A stretch of 63,641 nt of DNA, filler included, from Salisapilia sapeloensis CBS 127946 (Eukaryota > Protista > Oomycota), in NCBI GenBank assembly GCA_023334545.1. It is 9 parts of 9 records of this genome, joined end to end, with 100 filler letters (N's around TTAATTAATTAA, not from the genome) between each part and the next. Parts side by side here need not be neighbours in the genome. Positions count along the whole stretch, not along the records: positions 50,964 to 60,760 come from JAADVB010000456.1; positions 60,861 to 62,286 come from JAADVB010001156.1; positions 62,387 to 63,641 come from JAADVB010001228.1; 6 more parts are not named here. The stretch is one strand, 5' to 3'. The first letter of the stretch is position 1; every line of letters begins with the position of its first letter. This document shows positions 57,884-63,641 of this stretch, piece after piece. Position numbers and translations under genes: made by a program. The notes beneath the pieces are model-generated. The model worked only from the letters and a program-made list of their open reading frames with translations, had not been told where the DNA came from and did no database searches.

Positions 57884-59491
57884 ATGAGCTCCGACACCCT
57901 CACTACTTTCGGCTCTGGCGTCGTGTCCGGCGTTGCATTGCTGGCAGCCATCCAGTATATTCGTCATCAGCACCAGCTACGCTCAACTCACGCTCTTGAC
58001 GCAAGTAACCCGGAGGAGCTACGCCACCCTGCGCATGCTCTGACTGACCTGATCATCAAGTATCGAACCAACTTAAATGCAAAAGATGAGCATCGTGGTA
58101 ACCCAGCCAAATCCTCTTCCTACCCGGTTCGTATCCAAAAGGAGCCAGGGTGGCTCGTAAGTCGCTTGCCATCCGAATGTCCGACAGATCCTGAATCGTA
58201 CGCTAGTATCTTTGCAGACGTCGAGAAGCTCATCTTCCCATCGTTAAGTCATTGGGCGGCTCCTACTTTTGGCGCATACTTCAAGTGCAACGGATCTGAC
58301 CCAAGTGCTCTAGCTGACTTTCTGTGTGCAGCCATGAATGTCGTGGGCTTTTCTTGGGTCGCTGCTCCAGCCGCAACGGAGTTAGAGACGGTCGTTGTGG
58401 ATTGGATGGCCAAGTTACTGAATCTGCCGGCCAAGTTTCTATCCACAACACATGGAGGTGGCGTCATCCAAGGATCCGCTAGTGAGTCAGCATTATGCGC
58501 TATGATCGCAGCTCGCCAGCGAGTGCTGCAGACCTTGGACGAGGATGAGACCGCCATTCTACCTCGTCTCTGTGTCTACGTCTCGGACCAGACGCATGCA
58601 CTAGCTCAAAAGGGATGTATGATTCTAAAGATTCCGAATTTAAGAGTTATAGAGACGAAACGAGGTGAATGGGATGACAACAACTACGGTCTATCGCCAA
58701 CGAAATTGGAGAAACAAATGCAAAAAGACATTCAAGACGGTCTTATCCCGTTCTTTGTTTGCGCGACAGTCGGAACGACCGCGACGTGTGCAATTGACCC
58801 GATCCAAGAGATTGCCACCGTCGCACATAGTGTCCACCAGCAGGCAAAAGTGTGGGTACATGTGGACGGTGCGTTTGGTGCTGCTGGTGCCGTCTGCCCA
58901 GAGTATCAAAAGTGGCTGAACGGTGTGTCGGATGTCGAGTCGTTGTGTGTGAACAGCCACAAGTGGCTCATGGCTGCTTTTGACTGCAGTCTGCTGTGGC
59001 TGGAAGATCGTCGGCCGTTGATCCAGTCCCTGGCACTCGATCCAGAGATCTTAAAGAATGACTTTATGTCCCAAATCCAGTACAAGGACTGGCAGCTTCC
59101 ACTAGGACGACGCTTCCGAGCGCTTAAGCTATGGTTCACCATGCGTCGCTTTGGTGCCGTCGGACTGCAGGAGCACATACGCACATCTATCCGGCACGCC
59201 AAGTTGGCGGAAGAATTGTTGCTGGAAGACGGTCGATTTGATCTGTTCGTACCGACGCGTATGGCTTTAGTTTGTTTCAACGTCAAGTTTGGTGGAAGAG
59301 AAGTAGGTGAACGATTGCTGCGGAAGGTGAACGAGAGTGGCAAGACATTCTTAATTCATGCAGTTGTGGATGGAATCTACTTTATTCGGATCGCGATCGG
59401 AGGGTCGGAAATCCAGGAATGGCATGTGCGACAGATCGTACAGGTCATCCAACAGAGCTTAACGGAGGTGATGGAAGAAAAGACGAAATAG
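57884..59491 (+). CDS. Group II PLP-dependent aromatic L-amino-acid decarboxylase homolog with N-terminal hydrophobic segment
   Basis: SHW..P.F.AYF, WVAAPAATELE...VDW, GGGVIQGSASES, YVSDQTH, TVGTT.TCAID, HVDGAFG, NSHKWL (PLP Lys) and DWQLPLGRRFRALKLW. Confidence 0.93.
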   Translation: MSSDTLTTFGSGVVSGVALLAAIQYIRHQHQLRSTHALDASNPEELRHPAHALTDLIIKYRTNLNAKDEHRGNPAKSSSYPVRIQKEPGWLVSRLPSECPTDPESYASIFADVEKLIFPSLSHWAAPTFGAYFKCNGSDPSALADFLCAAMNVVGFSWVAAPAATELETVVVDWMAKLLNLPAKFLSTTHGGGVIQGSASESALCAMIAARQRVLQTLDEDETAILPRLCVYVSDQTHALAQKGCMILKIPNLRVIETKRGEWDDNNYGLSPTKLEKQMQKDIQDGLIPFFVCATVGTTATCAIDPIQEIATVAHSVHQQAKVWVHVDGAFGAAGAVCPEYQKWLNGVSDVESLCVNSHKWLMAAFDCSLLWLEDRRPLIQSLALDPEILKNDFMSQIQYKDWQLPLGRRFRALKLWFTMRRFGAVGLQEHIRTSIRHAKLAEELLLEDGRFDLFVPTRMALVCFNVKFGGREVGERLLRKVNESGKTFLIHAVVDGIYFIRIAIGGSEIQEWHVRQIVQVIQQSLTEVMEEKTK

Positions 59492-59992
59492 ATATCCTTT
59501 TCGAGCTCGTTCTGAAGTATAGATACGTCGGTTGACGACAGAATAAGATACATTGGCGTTTCTGGCGTAGAGTATCTAGCGCTTGCATCATCTTTCCATG
59601 CATCAGACAAGTAGATGAACGTACGATTTTGCATACAGAATTACCATTGACCTACGTGACATGCGATCTATTTGCAAAGATCTACGAGACGATGCAGAAG
59701 GTGCATTGGGACATCTCCAGCGCGCTATGGCGCAAGAAGCTCGAAACGTCATGGAAAGTACGACTCTTGACAGTATCTCATCACGTTGGATACTAGCGTT
59801 CCCGATTAGAAATGACTTGCCGTTTCACAGGAATAAGATGGCAAGACTTTGTCATACAAAAGTGTCGATCCTGTAATCGGTGGCGTTATTCTGCACCTAC
59901 ACTTTTGCACGTGACGATCATCCTCGCGCCTTAGGCATCTACTGTGCACACGAGTGCGTAGGCGGTGACACACGATATATATACACTAGACA

Positions 59993-60624
59993 ATGCCGTT
60001 AATCCCTCTACCAGCCATCAAGGTAGGCTATATCTATATTGCAGCGTTGTATATGAAGTCTATGGCTCATGCGTGTCAATGCATTCGATTCGGTAGCTTG
60101 GTGGCTTGATCGTTCGGTCTTTAGCCAAGCCCATGGCAAATGGCGTCAAGTCTCAGGCCAAGTCACGGCCGTCTTTGCGGTCCGTGTGCCACGGGATCGG
60201 GCAGCTGCAGCACAAGTCTCTCTTCCGAATGCACATGGCGTTCCGTGGGATCCGGAACTATAAGATCAAGGATCTACAGGCAGACCAGGCCGTGCAGGAA
60301 GGAGCTGACTTTATCGGTGAATTCGTCCTCTTCTCCGTAGCTGTTAGTGTCGCGTCGTTCGAGTACTCTCGTAGTGCCGAGAAGGCGCGAGAGACACAGC
60401 GGAAGGAGGAGGAACGGCAGCGAAAGGAAGAGGAGGTAAGATCCTGTGCTCTGCCGCTCGTATTGAGGTTTTATTAATAGTTGGGATAGGAAATGGAGCA
60501 ACGGTTTGTACGGTTGGAAGAGAAAGTCGTGTGGCTCGAGCGGCAGCTGACGGAGGTGGAACGAAGGGTGGAGAAAGATAAGGACACGTCGGAACAAGAT
60601 GGTACTAGAGATGCGAAAAAATAG
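59993..60624 (+). CDS. OPA3: OPA3-like mitochondrial protein, 3 exons
   Basis: MPLIPLPAIK|LGGLIVRSLAKPMAN, IKDL...AVQEGADFIGEFVLFSVA...FEYSRS and a C-terminal coiled coil; GT-AG introns. Confidence 0.88.
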
Positions 60625-60637
60625 ATGCTCATGACGA

Positions 60638-60760
60638 TTATAAGCCCATGCGTTGCTTTACTTGTTGCAAGGTGTCGACGGCCATGGCGCCAGCTTTCTC
60701 TGCGCCGTCTTCGAGGACGCGGTCGATGTGCGCAGGGTCGGCCTGGAGCTCTCGGATGCG
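60638..60760 (-). CDS. WARS2: C-terminal end of tryptophanyl-tRNA synthetase (bacterial/mitochondrial type), 5'-partial
   Basis: RIRELQADPAHIDRVLEDGAEKAGAMAVDTLQQVKQRMGL* matches the conserved TrpRS C-terminal helix pattern. Confidence 0.8.
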   Translation of the reverse strand, partial: RIRELQADPAHIDRVLEDGAEKAGAMAVDTLQQVKQRMGL

Positions 60761-60860
60761 NNNNNNNNNNNNNNNNNNNNNNNNNNNNNNNNNNNNNNNN
60801 NNNNTTAATTAATTAANNNNNNNNNNNNNNNNNNNNNNNNNNNNNNNNNNNNNNNNNNNN
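60761..60860. other. Artificial contig-joining spacer
   Basis: N44-TTAATTAATTAA-N44. Confidence 0.97.
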
Positions 60861-61001
60861 ACAGTTGAATACGATGTCGCTGTTCTAAAGCTTGAAGAAA
60901 GTGTGCAAAACTCGGACAAGCATAGATACACGCCGCTTGACCGTTGCGAACCGTACTTGGACAAAAGTGGGAAAGCCAATATCTTTGGATGGGGAATGTA
61001 T
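60861..61001 (+). repeat. 141-bp contig end, exact inverted copy of 62146-62286
   Basis: Reverse-complement identity for exactly 141 nt. Confidence 0.95.
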
Positions 61002-61357
61002 AAGTCAATATAACGTTTATCGGATGAGTTTCTCGTACCCGATGGAATGAATATTGTTGATGTTGATAAATGTAAAATACGGTATGACAACTGGTTGCCC
61101 CGAATTCTACGTATACCCAGGGTAACGAACGCAGACCTCTGTGTGCGATCCTCGAAAAGAAAGGTGAGAAAAAGCAACAAGCCTGCCACAGTGATAGTGG
61201 TGGACCGGTGACTCGAGATGGGAAGTTGATTGGTGTAGTACCTTGGGGATCTGGCCTCTGCACTGGAAATGATTTGGAAGTAGTGGTGGAGGTCAGCGCT
61301 GTTTGGGAATTTACAAATGAGGTGGCAGAGATTAGGCTGGACGGTACTGATGATTAA
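60861..61357 (+). pseudogene. Trypsin-like (S1) serine protease pseudogene, 5'-partial
   Basis: EYDVAVLKL (Asp102), IFGWG and CHSDSGGP...LIGVVPWG, with an in-frame TAA at about 61010 and a frameshift before QQAC. Confidence 0.82.
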
Positions 61358-61813
61358 ATCTCTTGCGTCGTATCTCTTTCAATACTTCGTTCGCAACTAA
61401 ACAGAGAAATTTCCCATGGAAATGACGGTCTATTACATAGCTGCTTTATGTAGGATTCTAAACAAGTGAATATTAGTAGCCACTATATGCAGACAGTTGG
61501 AAATGGATTTATTTATCATTATCGCTGGCATCAAGTGACGGAATCCATGGATTGAAAGAATATAAAAGCCATGTACTATCTGCCGAATACTGCACATACT
61601 GTGTCTTCGTAATGTACGCGCAACCTACAAAGGAGGAAAAGAATAATATCTTTACAACTTGATACTTTGCATCTTGTCAGATACATTAACTATCGCTTAT
61701 GGAGGTCTTGAACATAGCACTCTGCTGATTTCACAGGGGCAATATCAAAGTGATATCGAATGCCACATCAAATTGTAAGTTCAGTCTTCAAAGGCACGAC
61801 CATCCAGGACAAG

Positions 61814-62286
61814 CTAAGTGGTTGAATTGATAAAATTCCATACAGCTCTGACTTTGGTGGACAATGTTAAAGTCATTTCGTTGCAGGTCTCTGGTCCCCA
61901 AGGTACTACACCAATCAACTTCCCATCTCGAGTCACCGGTCCACCACTGCCTCCCGGACATGCCTGTTGCTTCTCCTCATCTAGTTCCGTATGCGTAGCT
62001 CTCACACAAAGGTTTGCATCTCCCACCCAATGTTGACGGGCTAACCAACTTATCAAGGTATTGAAGCGTCGTTGCATATTTTGATATCGATGATGTCCAT
62101 CCTATCGGCTGCAAGAAGTTCAATTGACGTAAGCGACTTTAAGGAATACATTCCCCATCCAAAGATATTGGCTTTCCCACTTTTGTCCAAGTACGGTTCG
62201 CAACGGTCAAGCGGCGTGTATCTATGCTTGTCCGAGTTTTGCACACTTTCTTCAAGCTTTAGAACAGCGACATCGTATTCAACTGT
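61814..62286 (-). pseudogene. Trypsin-like (S1) serine protease, probable pseudogene, 5'-partial, tail-to-tail with the first copy
   Basis: Same N-terminal block as the left copy and CPGGSGGP...LIGVVPWG; a 1-nt frameshift near 62070 splits ORFs 62053-62244 and 61814-62077. Confidence 0.78.
62146..62286 (-). repeat. 141-bp contig end, exact inverted copy of 60861-61001
   Basis: Reverse-complement identity. Confidence 0.95.
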
Positions 62287-62386
62287 NNNNNNNNNNNNNN
62301 NNNNNNNNNNNNNNNNNNNNNNNNNNNNNNTTAATTAATTAANNNNNNNNNNNNNNNNNNNNNNNNNNNNNNNNNNNNNNNNNNNN
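62287..62386. other. Artificial contig-joining spacer
   Basis: N44-TTAATTAATTAA-N44. Confidence 0.97.
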
Positions 62387-63641
62387 CTCGCGGTGGAAGG
62401 GATGATGTGCATGAAGAATTGTGGCACGACCGTCCAGAATGCCCTCCGGAGTCTCGATGGAGTGGTGTCGGCTGTGGTGGACTTTGAAGCGAAGCGAGCG
62501 CACGTCGTGTGCAGCGGATCGATCTCGGATGAGGAGTTGGTAGACGCCGTGGAATGTGCTGGATTTGGTGCCGTCTCGCTGGAGGGAGAGAGTCAGTCGC
62601 TACAGCGCATCATCGTACTGGCGGTGGAAGGTATGATGTGCATGAAGAACTGCGGCACGACCGTCCAGAACTCGCTCTCGAACGTGCCGGGTGTCCAGGA
62701 TGCTGTGGTGGACTTTGAAGGTCATCAAGCGAGAATCGTGGGCGAGCCGGGTGTGGAGCTATCTTCGTCCGCACTAGTCGACGCAGTGGAAGCTGTGGGC
62801 TTTGACGCTGAAGTGGTTACAGAGCGGGACATGGACGAAGATGGGAACGAGAAGAAGCGTTCTGGACCAAAGACAGTCAAGTTGCTGGTGGAGGGCATGA
62901 TGTGCATGAAAAACTGCGGCTCAACCGTCCAGAGCGCCCTTCGGAACATGGATGGCGTGCAGTCGGCCGACGTCGACTTTCCCAAGCGATCGGCCACTGT
63001 TGTCTTGGAGGAGGACAGTACCGTAAGCATGGAGGATCTGATCGAGACGGTGGAGATGGTGGGCTTCTCTGCGACTGAGTTTGATCCTGTCCAAGCCCTG
63101 AAAGAGCGGATGAAGAGCGAAAAGCAAAGAACAGTGCAGGAAGAGGACACGACCATTCCGATCGGCGAGCCTGGCGACGAGAGTCACCCTCGAGCCTTCT
63201 TTACAGTGCAGGGCATGAGCTGTGCCGCTTGTGTGAAGAGCATCGAGGACCAGCTGCATGCGACGCCAGGCGTGGTCGACTGCCGCATCGGTCTCATCAG
63301 TCAAAAGGCCGAGATCATCTTCGACCGCGACGTGATTCCGGATCCCGAGACTGCGCTGACGAAAGCCATCTCGGACGCTGGGTACACTGGCATCTTCTCC
63401 CACAGCGTGGAGCCTGGAGAAGAGGAGACGGTGGAGCTCAAGTTTATCGTATCAGGTATGACGTGCTCCTCGTGCGTGAATAAAGTGGAGAGTGCCGTGA
63501 GTGAGCTGTCCGGCGTAACGAGCGTGGGGGTGAACTTGCCACTGAACACGGCGCACGTCCACCTCAAGCAGATGGCACCCACAGGTCCGAGAGACGTCCA
63601 GGAGTGCATCAACTCGTTGGGTTATAGTGCAGAGATCGTGA
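62387..63641 (+). CDS. Copper-transporting P1B-ATPase (ATP7/RAN1-like) N-terminal region with at least five HMA domains; open at both ends and absent from the ORF track
   Basis: Stop-free frame starting at 62387, with GMMCMKNCG three times, GMSCAAC and GMTCSSC. The ATPase core is not in the window, so the ATPase call is inferred from the HMA array. Confidence 0.82.

Noticed and set aside
33013-63641. A 'copper cluster' (FRE, AA17, His1 protein, CPR, Cu-ATPase) spanning the window
   Set aside because: The genes lie on different contigs joined artificially, so there is no evidence of physical linkage.

Overview
This is eukaryotic nuclear DNA, almost certainly from an oomycete (stramenopile). 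The evidence is an AA17-type LPMO, a START-FYVE protein, an INR+FPR core promoter motif and short 50-70 nt spliceosomal introns. The window is not one locus. It is nine contigs (1-6063, 6164-10295, 10396-18979, 19080-32912, 33013-41006, 41107-50863, 50964-60760, 60861-62286, 62387-63641) joined by artificial 100-nt spacers (N44-TTAATTAATTAA-N44), so adjacency across a spacer has no biological meaning. About 30 protein-coding genes can be supported, several spliced or truncated at contig ends: YchF/OLA1, a C2/EF-hand Ca2+ sensor, a GT60-like GlcNAc transferase, a PDR/ABCG transporter, a FYVE-PH protein, a DUF676 hydrolase, two tandem Frag1/DRAM paralogs, an amino-acid permease, ORC2, ATG16, ISCA2, a HAD hydrolase, a large USP, a ferric reductase/NOX, a sugar porter, an AA17 LPMO, CPR, a SUN-domain protein, a group II PLP decarboxylase, OPA3, TrpRS and a Cu P1B-ATPase. 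There is also one tRNA-Leu(TAG), a pair of trypsin pseudogenes and a decayed dispersed repeat family. The best leads are: (1) a secreted protein with an N-terminal His that is not AA17 and looks like an uncharacterised LPMO-like copper protein; (2) a membrane-anchored AADC homolog with Ile in place of the catalytic-loop Tyr, a possible aromatic aldehyde synthase; (3) a Cu-ATPase with three non-canonical GMMCMKNCG (CX3C) metal-binding domains. No database searches were run; all family calls come from motif recognition.
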